A stretch of 64,000 bases of DNA from Candidatus Multivoradales bacterium (GCA_965248925.1 CBDFLE010000006.1:3648001-3712000); one strand, 5' to 3'. Positions 28,947-37,260 are shown, counted from the stretch's first letter. Program-made: numbers and translations. The notes: generated from the sequence alone by a model not told the origin.

Positions 28947-30179
28947 ATGAACTCTCTAGAATGCCGTTTCTGTGCCGCCGCGCTGACCGAGACCTTCGTC
29001 GATCTTGGCATGTCGCCGCTGGCCAACTCCTATGTCGAGCCGTCAGATCTGAATCGCGGAGAGAAATTCTACCCTCTGCACACTTACGTCTGCACTTGCT
29101 GCTGGTTGGTGCAGTTGCCGGAGGTGGAGTCGAGGGAGAAGATCTTCGGCGACTACTCCTACTTCTCCTCCTATTCCGAGTCTTGGCTGCGCCATGCCAA
29201 GGGCTACAGCGAGGAGATGATCCGTCGCTTTGGCTTCGACCGCGACAGCCAAGTGGTCGAGGTGGCCTCGAATGACGGCTACCTGCTGCGCTACTTCAAG
29301 CAACGCCAGATACCAGTGTTGGGTATCGAACCGGCGGCCAATGTCGCCGCCGTGGCCGAGGCTGATGGCATCCCGACGCGGGTGAAATTCTTCGGCGTCG
29401 AACTTGCCCGCCAGCTGCGTAGCGAAGGGGTGCGGGCCGATTTATTGGTGGGCAATAACGTGCTCGCCCACACGCCCTATCTGAATGACTTCGTCGCCGG
29501 GTTGGCTGAGTTGTTGGCGCCAGCGGGGGTGGTGACTCTGGAGTTCCCCCACTTGCTGCGCTTGGTGGCGGGCAACCAATTCGACACTATTTACCACGAG
29601 CATTACTCCTACTTTTCGTTCACCACGGTGCGGCGAGTGTTGGAGCAGCATGGCTTGGAAGTCTTCGATGTCGAGGAACTCAGCACCCACGGTGGTTCGC
29701 TGCGGATCTACTCGCGACACCCTGGTGGCCGCTCGGAAGCGATCAGCGAACGGGTCGAGGAACTCGCGGCGCGCGAGCTGGCAGCGGGATACGCTACCCT
29801 TGAGCCCTATCGCGCGTTTGCCCAGCAGGTCCGTGAGACCAAGCGCAACTTGCTCGAATTCCTGATCAAGACCCAGCACGACGGCAAACGGCTGGCGGCC
29901 TATGGTGCGCCGGCCAAGGGCAATACCTTGCTCAACTATTGCGGCTTGCGTGGCGACTTTGTCGACTACACCGTCGACCGTAGTCCGCATAAACAGGGGC
30001 GCTACTTGCCGGGCACCCGCATTCCGGTGTACGCGCCAGACAGGCTGCTCGAAACCCGGCCGGACTACGTCTGGATCTTGCCATGGAATCTTCGCCAAGA
30101 GATCGTCGAGCAGATGGCCGCGATCCGCGACTGGGGAGGTCGCTTCGTAGTTGCCATTCCCGAGGTAGAGGTGCTGTGA
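28947..30179 (+). CDS. NDP-hexose C-methyltransferase family (Zn-binding N-terminus, SAM-dependent)
   Basis: CRFC..DLGMSPLAN..CTCCWLVQL, EVASNDGYLL, FDTIYHEHYSYFS, GAPAKGNTLLNY; ATG at 28947. Confidence 0.9.
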   Translation: MNSLECRFCAAALTETFVDLGMSPLANSYVEPSDLNRGEKFYPLHTYVCTCCWLVQLPEVESREKIFGDYSYFSSYSESWLRHAKGYSEEMIRRFGFDRDSQVVEVASNDGYLLRYFKQRQIPVLGIEPAANVAAVAEADGIPTRVKFFGVELARQLRSEGVRADLLVGNNVLAHTPYLNDFVAGLAELLAPAGVVTLEFPHLLRLVAGNQFDTIYHEHYSYFSFTTVRRVLEQHGLEVFDVEELSTHGGSLRIYSRHPGGRSEAISERVEELAARELAAGYATLEPYRAFAQQVRETKRNLLEFLIKTQHDGKRLAAYGAPAKGNTLLNYCGLRGDFVDYTVDRSPHKQGRYLPGTRIPVYAPDRLLETRPDYVWILPWNLRQEIVEQMAAIRDWGGRFVVAIPEVEVL

Positions 30180-30706
30180 GATTTTGTCAGCTCGACATTC
30201 CGGGCGCTTTTTTGCTTGAGCCCGAGGAGCAGAAAGACCGCCACGGATTCTTCACCCGCGGCTATTGCAAACATCAGCTCGAGGCGCGCGGTCTCGATCC
30301 GGCGATCGTTCGCTGCGATATCGCCATCAGCCACCAGCGCGGCACCTTGCGGGGTCTACATTGGCAGGCGGCGCCCTATGCCTCTGCTCGGCTGCTGCGT
30401 GCTACTCGCGGCCGCGCCCATTTCGTGATTGCTGATCTGCGCCCCGAATCGCCGGCTTACAAGCGCCATTGGGCAATCGAACTCGACGATCAAAGCCGTT
30501 GCTCGCTCTACGTGCCCGCGGGGGTGGCGCATGGTTTCCAAACTCTGACCGATGAGGCTGAGGTATTGGCTCAAGCGTCGGAATTTCATCATGCCGAGTC
30601 TAGCTGTGGGGTGCGCTGGAACGATCCGGCTTTGGCCATCTCCTGGCCACTACCGGTCAGCGAAATCTCGGAGCAAGACCGCTCCTTTCCTGACTTTGAC
30701 AGCTGA
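30176..30706 (+). CDS. RmlC-like dTDP-4-dehydrorhamnose 3,5-epimerase family protein (degenerate active site)
   Basis: DRHGFF, GTLRGLHWQ, DLRPES, VAHGFQTL, GVRWNDP; GTGA overlap with upstream stop. Confidence 0.8.
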   Translation: MRFCQLDIPGAFLLEPEEQKDRHGFFTRGYCKHQLEARGLDPAIVRCDIAISHQRGTLRGLHWQAAPYASARLLRATRGRAHFVIADLRPESPAYKRHWAIELDDQSRCSLYVPAGVAHGFQTLTDEAEVLAQASEFHHAESSCGVRWNDPALAISWPLPVSEISEQDRSFPDFDS

Positions 30707-30714
30707 GCGCGACC

Positions 30715-31623
30715 GTGGCACCTTGGCGGGCGTTGGAGCTGTTTTGCGGCCTAGGTGGATTCGCCGCTGTCGCTGCTGAGCAGGTCGAGGTGAAGGCGGC
30801 AGTGGATGTCAGTCAAGTGGCGCTCGGTGTCTACGCCCACAATTTCCCCCATCCCACTTACTGCCGTGCTGTGGAGTCGCTCACAGCGGCTGAGATCGCT
30901 GCTTTCGAGGCTGATCTGTGGTGGCTGTCGCCGCCCTGCCAGCCTTACACCCGCCGCGGTCATGGTCGAGGGCTGCAAGATCCTCGCGGTCGCGGCTTCT
31001 TGGCCGTCCTGGATCACCTGGCCGAGTTGTTGCCGCTGGCGGTGGCGTTAGAGAATGTTCCTGAGTTCTGCCGCTCCGAGGCCCATCGCCGACTGCGTGC
31101 GGTGCTCGATGGGGCGGACTACGAGGTGGCCGAGCAGCAGCTCTGTCCTTCGGACTTGGGCCTGCCCAACCGCCGCCGCCGGTTCTACCTGGTGGCTTGT
31201 CGACAGGGTTTGCAGCAGCCTAAGTTCGCCCAGTCAATAACTCGGCGCCCGCTGAGTAGTTTTCTCGATCGGCGACCGTTTGCCGAGTTGCGGGTCAGCG
31301 AGGAGTTCGCAGAGCGTTATCGCGGTGCTCTCAGAATCGTCGAAGCCGAGGATCCGCAGGCCGTTACCGCCTGTTTCACCTCGGCCTATGGCCGCTCGCA
31401 TGTGCGCAGCGGCTCTTACCTACGCGATGCGCAGGGCTTGCGCCGCTTTTCACCGGCCGAAATCCTGCGCCTGCTGGGATTTCCCGCCGACTACCGGCTG
31501 CCGCCGGAGTTGCCGCTCAAGAATGCTTGGCGGTTGACCGGCAACAGTCTGTCGTTGTCGGCGGTGGGCAAGATCCTGGCGAGATTGCCGAAGTGGCCTC
31601 GGGGAAAGCAGCCGGGCCAATGA
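30715..31623 (+). CDS. C5-cytosine methyltransferase, Dnmt2 (tRNA C38) type
   Basis: ELFCGLGG (I), SPPCQPYT (IV), ENV (VI), PNRRRRFY (VIII), CFTSAYG (Dnmt2-type CFT motif), LRRFSPAEILRLLGFP (IX), GNSL (X). Confidence 0.8.
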   Translation: MAPWRALELFCGLGGFAAVAAEQVEVKAAVDVSQVALGVYAHNFPHPTYCRAVESLTAAEIAAFEADLWWLSPPCQPYTRRGHGRGLQDPRGRGFLAVLDHLAELLPLAVALENVPEFCRSEAHRRLRAVLDGADYEVAEQQLCPSDLGLPNRRRRFYLVACRQGLQQPKFAQSITRRPLSSFLDRRPFAELRVSEEFAERYRGALRIVEAEDPQAVTACFTSAYGRSHVRSGSYLRDAQGLRRFSPAEILRLLGFPADYRLPPELPLKNAWRLTGNSLSLSAVGKILARLPKWPRGKQPGQ

Positions 31624-32114
31624 GCACCGCTCCACTCAGCGAGGAGGGGATTTTCGATGTTGGGCTGGAGAAGACCCCGTCAATTGCACCTGCGATAGCA
31701 TTGATGTACCATCCCCAGCCAGCGATCACTGAGTTTTGTCGCTATGCCCCCGAAATCTGGGCATTTGCCCGGAGAGCGGGCGCGATCTGCTTGGCTGGGA
31801 TATGATTTACCTAAGGGGTTGAGGGTGTCGGATAGTGCATCTGGTCGGTGAAGGGATGCGATCGGCAGTGGTCTTCTTGAGTAGCGAGGGAGGATTTGTT
31901 GCGGAGGAACGATGTTTGGAAGAGCAGCTCAGAGCTGGCTTGGTCCAGGTGGCGCGAGCAGAACCCGTCTGCGGGCCGAACAAGGCTGGCTTTCATACGT
32001 AGACAAGAGAGGGTGGTTGCGACCTCAGCCTGAGTGTCGCGAGGATCCTACGATCCGATCGGGACAGGGTCTCGAACCGCCCCATATGCCGAATTAGGAC
32101 CGCGGAGCAATACC

Positions 32115-32999
32115 ATGAGCTACAGCCTTCCAGTCTACCGACGCGGTTTCCTCCTATCCTCGCAGCAGCAGGTGAGTGAAGATATCGCAGATCAGGTTGC
32201 ACGCCGGGTTGTTGAGCATGGGGATGAGTTCCTAGATGCATTTACGGCGAGCACGCGGTCGGCCGGTGGGACCGGCTACCGGCTGGCGAAGAATGAAGAG
32301 ACCAGGCGACATCACCCCGACAAGCGAATTTTTGATTTCCCAGCAGTCGATCTTCGCGTCGAGCCCTACGAGATTGAGTCGCGGAGTTCACTCACCGTTT
32401 GTGTCGGTACGCGCAAGTCGAAGCTATGGACTCGGCTGACCTGCGTTGGGGTCAACGAAGCTGACGCCAGGGAGCTGGATGTCTCGGAGGTGAAGCAGTA
32501 CTTCGAGCGCGCCGAGGAGGTCGCCAAGGTTGCGCTGGAGGGGTTGTTGAAGATTTACCGAAAGCATCTGACCGCGGTCGGAATCAAGATTCAGCAACGC
32601 AAGCCTTACTCGTTCAGCTTCCGGGCCTACAACTCGCATAGTGGAGATGTTCGGGATCTCTTTCAGAAGCTGAGTTACGATTTGACGCTCAAGGAAGCCT
32701 TGGAGGAGGAGGCCTTCGGGCCGCAGCTTCACGACTTTTTCGATGTCGCCCTCGAGAACGGCAGCGAGATGTCGAGCAAGGCCTTGGTCAAATGGCCCGT
32801 ACTGCCGTCCAAGAAGAGATTCAGAGATATTTTTACCTACAGGTTGCCAAAGCATCGGGCTCTCTATACTTTACAGAGCACTGACCGACACACGGATTTG
32901 TGTGGATTTGGATACGATAGGCGCGGCCGAAAGCCTAACAACACTCTAGCTTTTCTCACTACCAGCGGCCTGTTAGAAGAGTTCGCTCACCGTTTCTAG
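32115..32999 (+). CDS. Hypothetical protein (294 aa), AT-richer islet
   Basis: ATG with GGAG RBS; long ORF with globular composition; no family recognised. Confidence 0.7.
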   Translation: MSYSLPVYRRGFLLSSQQQVSEDIADQVARRVVEHGDEFLDAFTASTRSAGGTGYRLAKNEETRRHHPDKRIFDFPAVDLRVEPYEIESRSSLTVCVGTRKSKLWTRLTCVGVNEADARELDVSEVKQYFERAEEVAKVALEGLLKIYRKHLTAVGIKIQQRKPYSFSFRAYNSHSGDVRDLFQKLSYDLTLKEALEEEAFGPQLHDFFDVALENGSEMSSKALVKWPVLPSKKRFRDIFTYRLPKHRALYTLQSTDRHTDLCGFGYDRRGRKPNNTLAFLTTSGLLEEFAHRF

Positions 33000-33039
33000 C
33001 CGCCAGTAGTTTGTTGGAGCGAAGAGCCATCTGATCGGG

Positions 33040-34083
33040 GTGGTTGTGCAGGATATTATCAAAACGATTGCCAACATGGACAAACTGCCGCCAGAGTGGG
33101 AGGCAGACCTGAAGGTTCTGAGGAATCTGCTGGAACGCAGTGCCAAGATCAACGAACCGAAGCCATGGCCGGTCGCGGGCAGGGGAGGCGCTCGGAAGGT
33201 AAAAATCGCAACGGTGTCGCTGGGTCCGAGCCTGGAGGAGTTGCGGCTGTTCCCGCAGAGTCGGGAGAACCGGTTCCGCACTTACTGGGTCGAGGATAAG
33301 ACAATTCGTCGTCGCCTGCGCGAGGATTTCCTGGCAGCCCTACGCCGTGTGGCGAAGGCAGGTGCCAAGTTGGTCTGCTTCAACGAGATGTCCTATCCGG
33401 ATGCGATGGATATCGAGACTAGTCGCGAACTCAGAGCTGAGATCCGTGAGATTGTCGATGAAAACCAGCTCTTCGTCATCGCCGGTACTCACCATCACCG
33501 ACAGACTTTCCACAATCTCTGTCCGATTTTTGCAGCGAACCGGGAGATCATTCCGCACGCTAAGCTGTCGAGTGCTGCGAAGCTTGAAGAGAAAATAAGA
33601 ACTCCGGCAGGTCGCGTCATGCGGTACTACAAGACCACTTTTGGAGCCGTAGGTTTACTGATCTGCCTCGATGCCTACGAGCCCACATTGTTCTTGCGGA
33701 TGATGAAGCAGAGTAGCGTGTGGCAGAATGAGGAAGGGGTCGATTTTGTGTTCGTCCCAGCGTTCAGCCCCAATAACAGCAAGGCAGTCTGTGATGCGTG
33801 CCAGGATCTGAGCTACACCACGGGCGCGATCGTGGTCTATGTCAACTGTCCAGAGCGTCGGCCCCGGCATGCAGTTTTCGTTGCTGGGAAAAAGATGCCC
33901 GCCAAGGGTATGGTTGAGGGATACAGCCGTCGTTCTCTTCGCAAAGGGATCGAATTGCACACCATCGATTTGGACTACTCTAGGACACTTCGAAACGGGG
34001 TGAGGGACAATTACTCTCCAATACTGCGCTACATCATGGGCGACGAGCGAGTCGGGTTTATCGAGAAGGTGTGGTTGGAATAG
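33040..34083 (+). CDS. Carbon-nitrogen hydrolase (nitrilase-fold) protein
   Basis: Glu-Lys-Cys triad contexts: LVCFNEMSYP, HAKLSS, FGAVGLLICLD; also VDFVFVPAF, VVYVN. Confidence 0.8.
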   Translation: MVVQDIIKTIANMDKLPPEWEADLKVLRNLLERSAKINEPKPWPVAGRGGARKVKIATVSLGPSLEELRLFPQSRENRFRTYWVEDKTIRRRLREDFLAALRRVAKAGAKLVCFNEMSYPDAMDIETSRELRAEIREIVDENQLFVIAGTHHHRQTFHNLCPIFAANREIIPHAKLSSAAKLEEKIRTPAGRVMRYYKTTFGAVGLLICLDAYEPTLFLRMMKQSSVWQNEEGVDFVFVPAFSPNNSKAVCDACQDLSYTTGAIVVYVNCPERRPRHAVFVAGKKMPAKGMVEGYSRRSLRKGIELHTIDLDYSRTLRNGVRDNYSPILRYIMGDERVGFIEKVWLE

Positions 34084-34132
34084 CTCTGGCTTGGCCAGAT
34101 CAAGTTGACTCTCAGAGTGGGGTTGCGACTCA

Positions 34133-35011
34133 ATGAATAAACTCTGTGTTACCGGTGCTGGCCAGATGGGTTCGCAGATCGCGGTGTTGGCAGCCCTGGC
34201 TGGCGTCGATGTGGCCTTGCACGATATTTCCGACGACCAGCTCGAACGCGCCATGGCCGGCAATCGGCAGCAATTGGAGCGGCGGGTAGAGAAGGGCAAG
34301 CTGGAACGCCGGGTGGTGGACCAGGCGTTGGCTCGGCTAACCACCACGAGTTCGCTGGAAGAAGGCTGCCAAGGTGCCGATTTCGTGATCGAGGCAGTTG
34401 TCGAGATTCTCGAAGTAAAGCGGCAGGTCTTTACCGAACTCGATCGCCTAACCCCGCCCCATGCCATTCTCGCCACCAACAGTTCCTATCTGGGTAGCTC
34501 GCAGATCGCCGATGTCACCACCCGGCCACAGCAAGTGTGCAACATGCACTTCTTCTTCCCGCCGCTAGTGATGCGTTTGGTGGAAGTGGTGTGCGGACCC
34601 CATACCGCGCCCGAGACCGCCCAGGCGGCGATGGAGTTGGCTCGGTTAATGGGCAAGGAAGCAGTGTTGCTCAACAAAGAGCTGCCGGGTTTCCTGGTCA
34701 ACCGGGTGCTGCGGGCGATCTCCAACGAAGCCTATGCCTTGCTGGAGAGCGGTGTGGCCAGCTTTGCCGATATCGATCGAGCTTGCGAGCTGGGTCTGAA
34801 TCACCCCCTGGGCCCCTTCAAACTGGCCGATTTCAGCGGCCTCGACATCGGCTACAACGCTCGTCTCGAGATATTCCGTGAAAGCGGCGAAGAGCACGAC
34901 CGCCCCCCGGCGGCGCTGGCGCGGCGAGTCGAACGCGGTGATGTCGGGCGCAAGAGCGGCCGCGGATTCTACGACTACTCGGTCAAACCACCGAGTCCGA
35001 CCGAGGAATGA
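34133..35011 (+). CDS. 3-hydroxyacyl-CoA dehydrogenase (second paralog)
   Basis: GAGQMGSQIA, ATNSS, NMHFFFPP, PGFLVNR, GRKSGRGFYDY. Confidence 0.92.
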   Translation: MNKLCVTGAGQMGSQIAVLAALAGVDVALHDISDDQLERAMAGNRQQLERRVEKGKLERRVVDQALARLTTTSSLEEGCQGADFVIEAVVEILEVKRQVFTELDRLTPPHAILATNSSYLGSSQIADVTTRPQQVCNMHFFFPPLVMRLVEVVCGPHTAPETAQAAMELARLMGKEAVLLNKELPGFLVNRVLRAISNEAYALLESGVASFADIDRACELGLNHPLGPFKLADFSGLDIGYNARLEIFRESGEEHDRPPAALARRVERGDVGRKSGRGFYDYSVKPPSPTEE

Positions 35012-35090
35012 GGGAGCGGAAGCACTGGTTGCCGCACGATCATTGAGTGTTGGGCTGGGCGATCCAGGCAGCCGTTGATATCCTTGACTG

Positions 35091-36140
35091 ATGCCCCCGC
35101 CCCAGCAGCTGGCGCCGCCTGACAGCCCGCCGCTCAAAGACACCCTGTCGCGGCCGATGACCGATCTGCGGATTTCGGTAACTGATCGCTGTAATTTTCG
35201 CTGCACCTTTTGCATGCCGGCGGAGCAGAAGTACGAATTCTTGCCCAAGCCGCAAATTCTCAGCTTCGAGGAGATCGAGCGGCTGGTGAAGATCTTTGTT
35301 GGCCTGGGGGTGCGCAAGCTGCGATTAACCGGTGGGGAGCCCTTGCTGCGCTCGCAGATCGCCCACTTGGTCGAGCGTTTGGCGAAGATCGACGGTATCG
35401 ACGATCTGGCCTTGACCACCAACGGCTGGCTGTTGGCGCAGCAGGCCGAGGGGCTGGCGGCGGCCGGGCTCAACCGGGTGACGGTGAGCTTTCACTCTCT
35501 AGATCCTGAGATCTTCGGTCGGCTGAGTGGCCTCGGGATGGACCTAAATCGGGTGTTTCAAGGGCTGCGGGCGGCGACTCGGGCGGGCCTCGGGCCAGTG
35601 AAGCTGAACGTGGTTGCGGTACGCGGCACCAATGAGCACGAGATCGTCGATCTCGCTCGCTTTGCCCGTGAGGCGGGTTACGTGCTGCGATTTATCGAGT
35701 ACATGGATGTCGGAACGGTCAATCGCTGGGATCCGCAAGCAGTGATCTCGGCCCGGCAGATCGTCGAGCAGATCGACGCCGTGTTGCCGTTAGAGGCAAT
35801 CGATCGCGAGCATCCTGGCGATGTCGCCACGCGCTACCGCTACCTCGATGGCGGCGGCGAGATCGGCGTCATCCCTTCGGTGACGCAGCCGTTCTGCGGC
35901 AACTGCTCACGGGTGCGGCTGTCGGCGGAGGGCACGCTCTACACCTGCCTGTTCGCTGCCGGTGGCCAGGATCTCAAGCAGCCGCTGCGAGCAGGAGCGA
36001 GCGATGAGGAGCTGGCTGAGCGCATCGCCGGCATCTGGGGCTCGCGCAGCGACCGCTATTCCGAGAAGCGCACCGCCCAGCTCAAGGCGGGGCGTTTCGT
36101 GCCGGCCGCGAAAGTCGAGATGTTTCGCATCGGTGGCTGA
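35091..36140 (+). CDS. moaA: GTP 3',8-cyclase (molybdopterin biosynthesis radical SAM)
   Basis: LRISVTDRCNFRCTFCMP, RLTGGEPLLR, FCGNCSRVRL..C, C-terminal IGG. Confidence 0.97.
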   Translation: MPPPQQLAPPDSPPLKDTLSRPMTDLRISVTDRCNFRCTFCMPAEQKYEFLPKPQILSFEEIERLVKIFVGLGVRKLRLTGGEPLLRSQIAHLVERLAKIDGIDDLALTTNGWLLAQQAEGLAAAGLNRVTVSFHSLDPEIFGRLSGLGMDLNRVFQGLRAATRAGLGPVKLNVVAVRGTNEHEIVDLARFAREAGYVLRFIEYMDVGTVNRWDPQAVISARQIVEQIDAVLPLEAIDREHPGDVATRYRYLDGGGEIGVIPSVTQPFCGNCSRVRLSAEGTLYTCLFAAGGQDLKQPLRAGASDEELAERIAGIWGSRSDRYSEKRTAQLKAGRFVPAAKVEMFRIGG

Positions 36141-36197
36141 TCGTGCCGCTCCCGAAGTGAACCACGAACTCGCGGCTCAACACATTCTAGGTAGCAC

Positions 36198-36230
36198 AAA
36201 AAAAAGCAGCCCGTCCTTATTGGACGGGCT
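36198..36230 (-). terminator. Rho-independent terminator (minus strand)
   Basis: 9-bp perfect stem AGCCCGTCC-AATAA-GGACGGGCT followed by GC-T8. Confidence 0.9.
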
Positions 36231-36570
36231 AAGAGTGGGGAGGGACCGCTAGCGCCCTTGGGGACCACAACGACGCAGCGGTTGCCTGTTTCGACACCCG
36301 AAGGTGTCTGGCATGTCGCCCGAACCACCAGAGTGGATAGGTCTCCGGACAAGGGAGCGAAACCAGTCCGAAGCCCTTCGCCTGCCGGCTGACCGAGATC
36401 GAAACCTCGACCTGCCGACGCGACCTCCAGGATGACAGTCGAACGCGGGTGTCCAGGGGGGGACAGATTGCGTCACGACCGCGAGCGACCTACAAGCCGA
36501 AACTCGTCGATAACTCGATCCGATCTCAAGGACCGGCTCACCGCAACGAGAGGTCTCGCGCGAGCGGCGT
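36198..36570 (-). ncRNA. Candidate novel highly structured non-coding RNA (~370 nt)
   Basis: Own promoter and intrinsic terminator, no credible ORF, about 10 helices visible by eye including three UUCG-capped hairpins; G-U pairs work only on the minus strand. Confidence 0.7.
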
Positions 36571-36573
36571 TGA

Positions 36574-36604
36574 ATACTACATCAAACATATTGAGATTTG
36601 TCAA
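36574..36604 (-). promoter_or_regulatory. sigma70-like promoter driving the candidate ncRNA
   Basis: Perfect TTGACA (36604-36599), AT-rich spacer, then TGTAGT (N17) or TAGTAT (N19) in an otherwise GC-rich region. Confidence 0.6.
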
Positions 36605-36661
36605 TAGACGAGGAGAGAAATTGCCAACCGCGGCTCTTGGTGCGCTGGTGGTGGCGGTGTG

Positions 36662-36821
36662 GACGTCGTAGATCCAGGAGCCGTGCTAGATGTTTAACTC
36701 GCGGACCTCCCCGGCGCGGGCGAAGATCTGGTTTTTCTCTCATACCGTCATCTTCGCCATTGTTGGAGTCGCTTTCCAGCGTAGTGAGATTTCTCGGCCG
36801 TTCGGACGCCTAAGAGTAGTG
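36662..36821 (-). pseudogene. Decayed duplicate of the 3' part of the DUF4340 gene (41181-41336)
   Basis: 72/88 identical nt by hand alignment of 36662-36749 with 41181-41268, including a 20-nt exact match tcgtagatccaggagccgtg; translates EKNQIFARAGEVRELNI*HGSWIYDV vs EKSEILARVDEIHEFNTYHGSWIYEV. Confidence 0.85.
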
Positions 36822-36988
36822 AGTCCCAATGCTAAGTTTTGTTGACCTCCCGTTCCCGACGGCTCAGGCCCGATCGCCGGGTATGAGAGTCTAGATAGCT
36901 CTACAACGGAACCACCTCGAGTCAGGCTGTAGCACGAACTGGACCGAAACCTGCGCCAACGCCAACTGATGAGGGAGGGAAGAAAAAC

Positions 36989-37260
36989 CTGCGAATTCAA
37001 CCTTTCACCCTCATCCTTCTTGGCCTCTCAATCTCCCTGCCGCTGAACGCCCAACTCCCCCCAAGCCACCAGCGCGGAGTGACCGCCGACACCGCCTATC
37101 AGGCCAGCGACCTGGATCAGTTCAACCTCTTCAACGGCAGCCTGTCGGTAGCTCTGCCAATTGGGATCACTTACCCAGTAGGCCCGTCTCTGAGCTTCAG
37201 CTTGACCGCCACCTACAGCTCTGGCGGCTGGGAATACGACGGGAGCGCCTCCAATCTTGC
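36989..37260 (+). pseudogene. Truncated N-terminus of a secreted RHS/YD-repeat-type protein
   Basis: Strong SD GAGGGAGG then CTG in place of ATG; signal peptide RIQPFTLILLGLSISLPLNA; DLDQFNLFNGSLSVALPIG..SFSLTATYSS resembles the 'VNLFNGNL..IP...L.L.YNS' RHS N-terminal motif; similarity ends after about 90 codons. Confidence 0.6.

Noticed and set aside
31624-32114. Retron-like or other ncRNA in the leader of the nitrilase islet
   Set aside because: I found no long inverted repeats or clear helices by eye, and there is no RT gene; a folding and homology search would be needed to exclude it
30715-32999. Type II restriction-modification pair (MTase + following orphan)
   Set aside because: The MTase has Dnmt2 signatures and host-like GC, is separated from the orphan by ~490 nt, and the orphan shows no evident PD-(D/E)xK, HNH or GIY-YIG motif
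36249-36476. 75-aa minus-strand ORF inside the candidate ncRNA
   Set aside because: GTG start without SD, Arg/Ser/Gly-rich composition typical of spurious GC-rich frames, lies across stable helices; a small peptide cannot be fully excluded
36511-36540. TGAGCC-N17-CGAGTTA on the minus strand, resembling the candidate ECF promoter at 49301
   Set aside because: Lies inside predicted helices of the RNA, downstream of a better sigma70-like promoter; one near-match is compatible with chance
36198-36570. Identification of the structured RNA as tmRNA, RNase P RNA, 6S, SRP, a group II intron or a Moco riboswitch
   Set aside because: No GGGG..ACCA tRNA-like ends, no GAGGAAAGUCC/ACAGAA P4 motifs, multibranched rather than a 6S rod, no SRP helix-8 motif, no domain V. 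It is convergent with, not upstream of, moaA
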